A stretch of DNA of 64,000 nt, from the NCBI GenBank assembly GCA_963575745.1, contig CAUYUJ010000092.1:310001-374000 (forward strand), read 5' to 3'. The position numbers were made by a program, and so were the translations under genes. This document shows, in pieces, positions 1-11,883 of the stretch (within the stretch, counting starts at the first letter, position 1; each line of letters opens with the position of its first letter). The DNA comes from Prorocentrum cordatum. Lineage: Eukaryota. The notes beneath the pieces are model-generated. The model was not told the origin of the DNA and ran no database searches. It worked only from the letters and a program-made list of their open reading frames with translations.

Positions 1-2660
<2,660 letters not shown>

Positions 2661-2929
2661 TCTTCGCTACTGGCTTCTGACGGAGTCTGGGTTAGGTGAG
2701 CCTGAGTGTGGGTGAGTCTGAGTATGGGTACGTCTGTGTGTGCCTGACTCTGAAGAAATGAATCTGAGTGTGAGTGAGCTTGTGTATGAGTGAGTCTGGG
2801 TGCGAGTCTGAATCCCAATGGTGCCCCTGGCAGTGTCTGGCGACTAGGAGGCCCGGGTCGACTCCTCTTTGGGAAGCCAAAATGCTGCCCCTGGCAGCGT
2901 TTGGTGACTATGAAGCCCCTGGTGGACCC

Positions 2930-3883
2930 CCCCTGGGGCTCCCAAATGATGCCCCTGGCAGCGTTTTGCGACCATGAGGCTCTCAAGAGAGACATGTTGG
3001 GGAGGCCAAACGGCAATTTTAGCTGAGACGTCCCACCAAAATCGGCGCGAACGGGCTCGTGAGATCAGCCAGGGTGGCTCCCCCTTGGGGCTCCCAAATG
3101 ATGCCCCTGGCAGCGTTTTGTGACCATGAGGCTCTCAAGAGATACATGTTGGGGAGGCCAAACGGCAATTCTAGCTGAGACGTCCCACCAAAATCGGCGC
3201 GAACGGGCTCGTGAGATCAGCCAGGGTGGCTCCCCCTTGGGGCTCCCAAATGATGCCCCTGGCAGCGTTTTGCGACCATGAGGCTCTCAAGAGAGACATG
3301 TTGGGGAGGCCAAACGGCAATTTTAGCTGAGACGTCCCACCAAAATCGGCGCGAACGGGCTCGTGAGATCAGCCAGGGTGGCTCCCCCTTGGGGCTCCCA
3401 AATGATGCCCCTGGCAGCGTTTTGTGACCATGAGGCTCTCAAGAGAGACATGTTGGGGAGGCCAAGCGGCAATTTAGCTGAGACGTCCCACCAAAATCGG
3501 CGCGAACGGGCTCGTGAGATCAGCCAGGGTGGCTCCCCCTTGGGGCTCCCAAATGATGCCCCTGGCAGCGTTTTGTGACCATGAGGCTCTCAAGAGATAC
3601 ATGTTGGGGAGGCCAAACGGCAATTCTAGCTGAGACGTCCCACCAAAATCGGCGCGAACGGGCTCGTGAGATCAGCCAGGGTGGCTCCCCCTTGGGGCTC
3701 CCAAATGATGCCCCTGGCAGCGTTTTGTGACCATGAGGCTCTCAAGAGATACATGTTGGGGAGGCCAAACGGCAATTCTAGCTGAGACGTCCCACCAAAA
3801 TCGGCGCGAACGGGCTCGTGAGATCAGCCAGGGTGGCTCCCCCTTGGGGCTCCCAAATGATGCCCCTGGCAGCGTTTTGTGAT
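2930..3883. repeat. 152-bp tandem array, ~6 copies, with degenerate precursors from ~2810
   Basis: AGGGTGGCTCCCCCTTGGGG... recurs at 3071, 3223, 3375 and onward with near-identical units. Confidence 0.95.
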
Positions 3884-3944
3884 CATGAGAGAGTGTGAGT
3901 GTGAGTGAATGTGACTGTGAGTGAGTCTGAGTGAGAGTGAGTCT

Positions 3945-4205
3945 CATCTTATCTTATCGAGTCCTATCTTATCTTACCTCTATTACCCTCTATCTTATCT
4001 TATCTTGAAATCTCTTATCTTGTCTTAGCTTATCTTATATCAACTCATCTTATCGCATCATATCTTGTCTTATCTTATTACTCCATAGGCTGTCTTATCT
4101 TATCTATTATCCTACCTTGTCATATATCTTATCTTACCTTATCATATCTTGTGCTTTCTTATCTTATCTTGTAGTATATTATCTTGTCCTGTCTTATCTG
4201 GTGAT
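3945..4205. repeat. Degenerate (ATCTT)n microsatellite
   Basis: Repeated TCTTA pentamer. Confidence 0.9.
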
Positions 4206-4319
4206 TATCATTGGGGGGAGGGAGGCGCGAGCGGGAGGAAGAAGGAGGAGGAGGAGTGGGAGGCGTCAGAGTAATAGCAAGAACCCCAATCCTTAGGATA
4301 TGGGGAATAATTCTTCAGA

Positions 4320-4785
4320 AGAGACCACAGCAGTGGAGTTCGCAGAGAACGTAGGTAAATGTACGCGCGTACGTAAAATGTCTTAGATTTCGTAAATTTC
4401 GTAAATTTCGCAGAGAGCGGAAGTAAATCTGCGCACGTATGGGAATTTCGCAAAGAACAAGAAGCCCCAGCAGAGAAGAAGCATTCTGCAAAAGAAACCA
4501 CAACAGTGGAGTTCGCAGAGAACAAAGTAAATTTTCGCGCGTACGTAATTTTCGTAAATTTCGAAAATTTCGTAAATTCCGCAAATTTCGCAAATTTCGC
4601 AGGGAGCGTAAGTAAATCTTCGAGCATATGGGAATTCCGTAAATTTCGGAAATTCCGTGAATTGGCGAGGGCCGGGAAATTTGCGGAATTTTCCGGACCC
4701 GCGGCGGCCGCGGAGAAATTCGCGAGATTTTCCGGACCTGCGAAACCGACTTTAAGGGACCCAAATTTGTTTTCAAACGGTTTTA
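4320..4785. repeat. AT-richer repeat block with a ~173-bp internal duplication and 9-bp AAATTTCG(T/C) units; abuts and probably truncates the RT element
   Basis: ACCACA(G/A)CAGTGGAGTTCGCAGAGAAC at ~4324 and ~4497; runs of (CGTAAATTT)n. Confidence 0.75.
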
Positions 4786-4789
4786 AGAC

Positions 4790-5990
4790 CCCACCCGACG
4801 GCCGACATCGGTGCTCCAAGCCACAACACAGCTGCTTTCGGAACATATGCAGCTCTGTGCGTTTACCATCCCGTTCGATCAGCCGTGCCTTTCCTTTCCT
4901 TTCCAACCAGCTCAATCCAGGATGGTCCTTTCTCCCTCTCGACACGGCTGTACCCAGTGTGCTGGACCAATACTGTCATCTGGTCTCGGCACCGACAGTT
5001 GGCCCACCTTTGTGCAGAGGCTGTTTGCAGCCAATGCAGCTCCCTGGCGTCTTGGTTGGGGACGCAGGACAGGCGTGCGAAGCTGTCGATGCGTCGCGAA
5101 TCCATGACTGCCTGGACAGGCTGTTCTCAAAAGTTGAGGCCCATCGGTGTATCACTGTGCTCCGCACACAGCGCTCCCACGCTTACTTTGGAGGCCAGAT
5201 CAGTCAACACCTGTGGGACCGCACGGTCTGGGCGGTACGCAGCCTTCGGAGGGCCTTGGAAGGTTTCTTGGGTATGCGGTTATTCTTGGTTGGTGGGCTC
5301 GTGATACAACAGCTTCAAGGGATCCCCATAGGTGCCCCCCTTCAGCGGCTCCATTCTACATGCGGTCCTCAGCGACATAGAGTATCAGATGGACGCCCGC
5401 TATCCAGGAAGACGTAGTACTATTCTCACTGGTAGGTATGTCGACGACATCTTCTTAGCTTCAAAGGTATGCTGCACCAAATGTTCGCGACGACTAGTCT
5501 ACTCGGTCTATGGGTCAACGGTCTCATTTGATGTTACGGATCCCACCATTGTTAATGACACTGTCATGGCCCCCTATCTCGAAACAGTCTTTTCTTTGCT
5601 ATCCACAAGGTCCCCCATTGGGTCATACACAGGAATGAGACAGATGCTATTTCAGGAGACTGCCCCAAGCTAGCCGAACAATCACTACTGCCCTATATGG
5701 GCCCCTTTTCCCACCTACTCCCCTAAAACAACAGCGCGCTGAACTTCGTGGGCGCATACGAAGGTGGGAGAACCTCCGAATATGTAACAACAATTGGCTT
5801 GTGCTAATTTGCTGTGATATCCTGGTTATGTTCCGACTTGGCTATTCCCACCAACGCATTCGACGGATCTGGAGAGGCCTTATCCCACCCTCTCCTCGAC
5901 TGGAAATTGCGGAAAATGCGATCCGACTTGTGATGCTCACATGTTGTTCTCTTAGAGCCGCGCCCAATACCCTTGCAGCCCTTTCCTCTC
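4790..5990 (+). pseudogene. Penelope-like/TERT-related reverse transcriptase, 5'-truncated, about 3 frameshifts
   Basis: RT motifs in order: CSKPQHSCFRNICS (K..R.I.S), VLVGDAGQACEAVD (motif A), QQLQGIPIGAP/FSG (motif B', frameshift ~5340), GRYVDDIFL (motif C, ~5430-5457), APYLE (motif E), and thumb-like ELRGRIRRW...MFRLGYSHQRI. Confidence 0.85.
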
Positions 5991-6064
5991 AGAGCTTGGA
6001 GGACCCCTCGAGTTACGACGGCAGCCCGCCCCTACCGAAGTCTGCGCCCTACCGACCCTGCGCG

Positions 6065-7243
6065 ATGTTCTCGCCCTGGAAGAAGGGCGGCGGCAAAGGC
6101 CTTGGACAGCAGAGCCGCCAAGGAGGACCCTACGCGCCCCGCTACAACCAGCAATGGTCACGTGGTGGGTCTGGCCCCACCAACTACGCCTCCTTCGGAG
6201 GCAATAGCGGCGGTGGCTTCAGCAGCATGCTCGGCCAGATGACCTCCGTTATGGACAACATCGCCGCCCTCGGGGAGCTCACGCGCGTGGGCAACGCGCT
6301 GGCTCAGTCTCAGCAGCATCCGACGGTGCCGACCCCAGGGGCGTCGGGCGTGACCTCTCTATCACCACCAGCTGTTCCCGTGCAGACTACTGGCGTCTCT
6401 ACGACTTCGGAACCGGCCCGTGAGCTTGTCGGCGCGCTCACGGATGTCCTCCGATCCAGCGTTCCAGGAGACGCCCGCCTGCAGCAGACGGTGGACCGCT
6501 TACACAGCCTGGTCGGCTCCACCCCTGGGTCAGGCACTTCGACTACCCCCACGGCGACAGGATCAACGACGGCACAGGCCGACACCTCCATGGCCAGCCA
6601 TCCCGTCATCCAGCAGCTCCAGAGCAACATGGCGACCCTGCAGACCACCGTCGAGTCTCATGGCCAGCAGATCGGCAGCATTAACAACACCCTGGCCAGT
6701 GCAGCGGAGCACTCAAGGGCGACTCGCCAGCTGATAGAACGGATGCTCGGCATGTCTCGACCTGCACCCCAGGCAGGGCCACCTCTCACCCCGCCCAGAG
6801 CGGGCCCGCAACCATCGACTCCAGCAGCGACCACACCGACCACACCGACACCTACAGCTGGGATCCCCATTCTACTAACGACTGGCGGGGGTGGTGCCGC
6901 TCCTGCCCCACCAACCCTATTCAAGACCCAGATGACCACGGCGGATCATGATCATGCATTGAGTATCTTGGGCATCAGCGGTGGGTGCCAAAACATGGTT
7001 CAGCTCTCCCAGGAGATTGCGTCTGCCGAGGGCGCCTCGATGCCTTTCAGCGAATGGTGGTCTCAGATTCAGCGGTGCAAGAGATTATCACAGTGGCAGA
7101 CGAAGCTTCAGAGTTTGGGAATGCCAGCCACCGATATTCAGTTAACAAGCAGTTTCACGAAGGTCGGACAGATTATGCATGCCCGTATGCTGCGTGACGG
7201 AACATGGAGTGCCACGGATCTCCAAAACATTGTCATCGGCTGA
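6065..7243 (+). CDS. Intronless 392-aa ORF: Gly/aromatic-rich N-terminus, predicted coiled coil, Pro/Thr linker, helical C-terminal domain; in frame with the RT thumb
   Basis: ATG at 6065 within ORF 5801-7243; non-repetitive sequence with coding-like composition; heptad-like IQQLQSNMATLQTTVESHGQQIGSINNTLASAAEHSRATRQLIERM. Confidence 0.7.
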   Translation: MFSPWKKGGGKGLGQQSRQGGPYAPRYNQQWSRGGSGPTNYASFGGNSGGGFSSMLGQMTSVMDNIAALGELTRVGNALAQSQQHPTVPTPGASGVTSLSPPAVPVQTTGVSTTSEPARELVGALTDVLRSSVPGDARLQQTVDRLHSLVGSTPGSGTSTTPTATGSTTAQADTSMASHPVIQQLQSNMATLQTTVESHGQQIGSINNTLASAAEHSRATRQLIERMLGMSRPAPQAGPPLTPPRAGPQPSTPAATTPTTPTPTAGIPILLTTGGGGAAPAPPTLFKTQMTTADHDHALSILGISGGCQNMVQLSQEIASAEGASMPFSEWWSQIQRCKRLSQWQTKLQSLGMPATDIQLTSSFTKVGQIMHARMLRDGTWSATDLQNIVIG

Positions 7244-7669
7244 GCAACAGATCATCCAGCTGCTTCGTGGTTGGTGCCCGCAGATCCCACAGAACACATC
7301 TGGCCACTTTTTCGTTTCCTATTAATTCTCATCCCGAGAATCGTGGCTGCATGGACGGCGTATCAGACTTGTATCTTCGTTGGGTTTGCTCGGCCCTCAG
7401 CCGAGAGCATGCTCACCTTTGCGACCCAAAGGACTGCGACTATACTTCCCCTGGTTGGCAGTCGTCTTTTGCTCCAACTGATTTTCCCTGAGGTTGGTGG
7501 GTGGTTTCAGACTGCCGCAAAACTGTTCGGAGGTCGTCATCCCAACGCGTTTGCCTCTTCCTCATCAATACGGGCAGATACACAACCCACGGTGGGAGAA
7601 ACGTGGGCGTGGTTTGCCGCAGTTGCCCAACCAATTCTGATCGGGGTCTGTGCCTGGTTAGGCCACTAG
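7244..7669 (+). CDS. Hydrophobic, possibly membrane-associated ORF in the same frame directly after the TGA of the previous ORF
   Basis: Frame is open 7244-7666; hydrophobic stretches WPLFRFLLILIPRIVAAWTAYQTCIFVGF and WAWFAAVAQPILIGVCAWLG; no ATG at its start. Confidence 0.45.
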   Translation, partial: ATDHPAASWLVPADPTEHIWPLFRFLLILIPRIVAAWTAYQTCIFVGFARPSAESMLTFATQRTATILPLVGSRLLLQLIFPEVGGWFQTAAKLFGGRHPNAFASSSSIRADTQPTVGETWAWFAAVAQPILIGVCAWLGH

Positions 7670-8859
7670 TGATAATGATTGTGATCTCAGTGTTGCTACA
7701 ATTAACTGCATCCGTGATGGCTTGAGAATGCTCTTGAGCCTGATGCAGCGGTTTCTTTAGCATCCCACCCCTTATCACTTTGGTCGGGATGTGTGTGCGT
7801 GCGTGTGTGTGCGTGTGCCTTTTCATTCATTTCAATGACCTCTGATGCAATTTCAGCACACACAGGCTTCTAGATTTGCGATTTCTCATCGGACAGTATC
7901 TCGGAACCTGTATGCTCTGACTCTTTTGGTTTCCTGTCTCGGGCCGTCTGCGTTGGGTAATCCGCGCGTCGCCGTCTTCGGGACTCTTGGGATCCTGCTG
8001 GTGTGCCAGTGCAGGTTCTCTGTCTTCCCCTTCCTCTCTCCCCTGCTCGTTCTCTTCTTCGTTTCCGTCCTCTCGCCTCCTGGCCGTGCCCCTGCTCGCT
8101 CGCTCCCCTCGCCTGCGCCTCCTGCATGCGATCCTACCAGACAGCTGCCGTCTGGGTTTTCATATGGCAGCCTTTATGTTCAAAGCCTCCGAGCGAGGGG
8201 TTTAGGAGCTCGCTCAAGGCCAAAAGGCCGCAAATACGTATTGGCTCCTCGCTCGGCTGCGCGTGTGACAAGATCGCCTGCGCTTGGGGCTTGTGGCAAA
8301 AATTGTTACCTCGTGTTTGATTGTCTACGCCTACGGCGATTGAGGCTTCGCCTCTCCTGGCGCTCTACCGTGGTGACGTCTTGGGAGCTGGTCTGCCTGA
8401 GCCTGGTTATCTTGGTAACGACAACTCATCCAAGTGTGTGTGTGTGTGTGTGTGTGTCCCGGGGCCCCTTTAGTTTCGCTTGGGACGTCGCCACGCTCCG
8501 GGCGCGAGCGGGCACGTGTCCCACTGCCTGGCAGTTCCCCTTAGGGGTACCCAAGTGGTGTGCCTGCTACATCGCGGTGATCAGTGGGCTCTGAAAAGAG
8601 ACGAGTCGGGGGTGCCAAAACTAGTGTTTCGCTTGAGACATCTCCACACTCTCGGCGCGAAGAGGCAAGAGTCTACCCTTTGGCAGCACCCTGTTAGTGT
8701 CCACGCGATATGCCGACTTCGTCGCGAGGAGTCGGATGTGCAAATCAAGAAGCGCCTCGTTCGAGACTCTCCCACAATCAGGACGCAAACGGGCAAGTGT
8801 CCTACCCCGAGGCGGCTCGCCCTTGGAGCGGTGACTTGGGGCGCTGAAAGGCGAGGAGT

Positions 8860-9035
8860 CCGGAGGGGAAAAAACATACAAACACAACTAATTGTCGATT
8901 CCGTCGAAAGTATAGGAAAATATGGGAAGTGGGGGGAAGACGAAAATCAAAAAAAAATCAAACAAAAATATTGGAAATCCTGGGATTTGTGTGTGTATGT
9001 ATGTTTGTGTGTGTGTGTCCCCAGGCCCCTTCAAG
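8860..9035. mobile_element. ~170-bp dispersed repeat, second copy at ~55005-55165
   Basis: Shared GGAAAATATGGGAAGTGGGGGG core and ...GTGTGTCCYNGGGCCCCTT end; the same end also occurs at ~8450-8470. Confidence 0.75.
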
Positions 9036-9168
9036 GAGCTGGAGGTGCAAGAAATGCTTCGCTCGAGACATCCCCAGCGTGAACGGGCAAGTATCCTACT
9101 CCCTCGGGGGCTCCCCACTGCGGCGCCGAAATGCAATTCTTGCTACACCGCGGTGATCATGGCGCTCT

Positions 9169-9313
9169 TGATGGGCCTGTTTTCCACCACCACCACCATC
9201 AGTTGGAGGAGGGAAGGAGGTGGAGGATGAGGAAGAGGAGGAGGAGGGAGAGGAGGAGGAGGGCCCCTTCCCCCTCCAACTTATGGTGGTGGTGTTGGAA
9301 AACAAGCCCATCA
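9169..9313. mobile_element. MITE with ~40-bp TIRs, TG...CA termini and 5-bp TSD GCTCT
   Basis: TGATGGGCCTGTTTTCCACCACCACCACCATCAGTTGGAG ... CTCCAACTTATGGTGGTGGTGTTGGAAAACAAGCCCATCA; GCTCT at 9164-9168 and 9314-9318. Confidence 0.85.
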
Positions 9314-10502
9314 GCTCTAGAGGTGTCGGAGGTGCAACACGAGCGCCTCGCTCGAGAAGTTCCCACAATAAGGGCGCAAACGGGCAAGCGTCCTACCTCC
9401 TAGCGGCTCCCCCAAGGGGTGCTCATCGCGGCGATCATAGAGCTTTTGTGCGCGAGTGAGTCTGGATATGAGTGGGTCTGAATATGAGATACTGAGTGTA
9501 GGTGGGTCGGGGTGTGAATGGGTCTGAGCATGAATGAGTCTTCAAGTGTATGATCTGAACGTGAGTGGTCTGTGTGTACGGGCATGGGTATGACCAAGCT
9601 GAGTACGAGTGAGTTGGAATGTGAGCGAGTTGGTTCGAGCACGCGTGAATCTGAGTATCGGTGGGTCTGAGTCTTAATGTGTATGAACGGTCGGACTCCT
9701 TGTGGTCTGTGTGAGTGAGTCTGGGTATGGGTGGCTTCGAGTGTGAGTGGATAAGAATGAGAGTTGCCTGAGTATGAGCGAGTCTGTGTAATTGCGTAGG
9801 GTTTTAAGTGGGTCTGCTGAGTGTGAGTGAGTCTGATGATGAGTCTGAGTGCGAGCGAAAAGAAGGAATAGGGAGAAGGCAGGAGTGAGGAGGCGGAGGC
9901 GCCACACTAACAACAAGAGTTCCATACTTAGGATATGGGGACAAAGATGTAGGGCCTTTCAGCCTGACCGCGCATCGTTACGATTCAGTGGCTCTGTGCA
10001 AGAGCAGCCTCGGGGACTCTAGCGGCAAGCACCACCATGGTTCTGACGATGCACTCAGTTTGTGCGTGAGTTGCCGTTGCCCAGTACTTGTGTTGAGAAG
10101 CCGTCCACATTGAAGGTCACTTTGCCATTTCAGTGCAGAAAAATTGCCCCCGCGTATTCCGCATGCTTGCGCCATTCCGCGTGCCCCCAGAAAGGGCAAC
10201 CAGGGGCGGGGTAAGAAGGGCGAGGAGGAAAAGGAGGGTGGCAACAGGAGGAGGAGGAGGAAGATTGCTTGTCGTGCGTTCAGCTGACCGGGGCGAGCCC
10301 TAACAAACAGAAAGGTTCCCACAAACGTGCACTCAGCCGACTGGGACTACAAAACAAAAATGGTGGCTGCGCTGGTAACAGCTGCTTTAAGAACTCGTCG
10401 CCGTGGGCGAAGCAAATTGGTATCACGATAGATGACCGTCCTAGTGTTTAGATGATTGGACAGCCGGGTCACGCCAGCACGGCTGCAGCCCAACAGTCTG
10501 GC

Positions 10503-10571
10503 TCAGAACTCGTCGCCATAGCCCTCCTCCTCGCCCTCCCCCTCGGCGGTTTCGATGCCAGCCTCCTCACA
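10503..10571 (-). pseudogene. TUA: Alpha-tubulin C-terminal fragment
   Basis: Minus strand reads (C)[21 protein letters not shown], matching my recollection of the alveolate/dinoflagellate alpha-tubulin tail ([23 protein letters not shown]); no other tubulin sequence was recognised in the window. Confidence 0.8.
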
Positions 10572-11322
10572 GGAAGAGGTGGAGAAGGAGGAGGAAGAGG
10601 TTGAGGAGGAAGTGGATGATATGCACTGTGCAAACGTGTGGCGCTCTCAAGCTAGCGCGGTACTGGTAGGGCCCCGCTTCCCTCGCCACGTGACGGTAGC
10701 ACCTTCTTCTGTTTCCATTGGCGTTGCAGTGTTCCTTGGTGACTGTTGCGCTCGGAAGCACAGTGCTGGTATTCGCAGGCATGCGGTGCTCACAGACTGT
10801 TATCAAGGGAGGAAAAACCACCCGGACCAGACAATTGGCGTTTACTAAGCGGCCTTGGGCGTTTACTAAAGAGCCCTGCCCTGGTCGATTCCTTCTTCGG
10901 GCACGTTTGCTAAACGGCCTCGCGTGTCGGGGTGGTTATTATCGGGGTGGATTGTCTGCCCTCTATGTTATGGTGCTCACAATCATCGTGTTGCCGCATT
11001 TGCTTGCGCAGCGGCGTTTGCAAACCACTGTGGTGTTCACAGGCACCTTGTCGGTGTTCAGGGGCACAGTATAGCGCTCGAAGGCTAGTGCGGTGCTGGC
11101 AGGTTGTTGATTGCCACAGAATGGTATGTCATCTCTCTCTTCGACGTCCGCCGCTTGCAAACACGTTTGGTGTTCGCGGGCATATCGTGGTGCGCACAGG
11201 CGCTTCGCCCGCTGATAGTGGCTAATCTGACAAATGCCTTACGTGAGGCTCGCAAGCCATTGCGGCGAGCACTGCGTAGCTGTCAGGCAATAGTGGCAAT
11301 GGCATTGGTATGATCAGAAATT

Positions 11323-11883
11323 GTGGCAGCATCGGTAGCAGCCCTGGTGGAGCGGCTCTCAGAAAATAACGCAACAAAGGCGGCCCGGCACCGAAGTGAT
11401 ATGTTATGCGCAAGCGAATCCATTGGCCACTCAGCCACACAACGGGCAAGATATAGTTTCGAAGAATTCTTGACGCTTCGCGTATCCCCACCATTAATCA
11501 ACAACATCCAGGGGGACCTCCCCGGGGAGACACCCGGCGAGGCGATAAGACGACTCCAAGTCACACTGGGACCAATGTCCACTGGCACCTGGCACGCTTT
11601 CGCCAAGCGGCAGTCTGTGCCCGGCAGCAAGGGCGCGCTCGACCCGCTTCGGCACGACCCGCAAACCTGCCACCTCTTCCTGGAATCCTTCCGCAGCCAC
11701 AAGTGCGACGCACGGGTCGTCAGCGACGCGCTGGGCCTCGACGTCGACTGGACTCGGCCGTGGCAGCTGCACCTGGGTCGGAGCGGCGGAGTGAGCAGTG
11801 ATCACCACGCGGCAAAGGGCCACCCGAACAACCAGGCCCCCAAGAAGCGCAAAAAACAGTGGTGGGCCGTCCTCCCACAGTAG
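11323..11883 (+). CDS. Intronless hypothetical protein (186 aa) with a W...DPxRHD...FL motif and a basic NLS-like tail
   Basis: Non-repetitive ORF; WHAFAKRQSVPGSKGALDPLRHDPQTCHLFLESF; PKKRKK near the C-terminus; start codon uncertain (non-ATG in the track). Confidence 0.45.
   Translation: MAASVAALVERLSENNATKAARHRSDMLCASESIGHSATQRARYSFEEFLTLRVSPPLINNIQGDLPGETPGEAIRRLQVTLGPMSTGTWHAFAKRQSVPGSKGALDPLRHDPQTCHLFLESFRSHKCDARVVSDALGLDVDWTRPWQLHLGRSGGVSSDHHAAKGHPNNQAPKKRKKQWWAVLPQ

Noticed and set aside
2930..3883. CRISPR-like appearance of the tandem arrays (also 18-19 kb and 53-54 kb)
   Set aside because: Whole units repeat with no unique spacers; no cas genes; eukaryotic context
7670..8430. Hammerhead ribozyme expected for a Penelope-like element
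   Set aside because: No CUGANGA...GAAA core with suitable stems was seen on either strand by eye
7845..8594. 249-aa ORF as a fourth gene of the RT element
   Set aside because: Partly low-complexity and runs through a GT microsatellite into another repeat; not supportable without homologues
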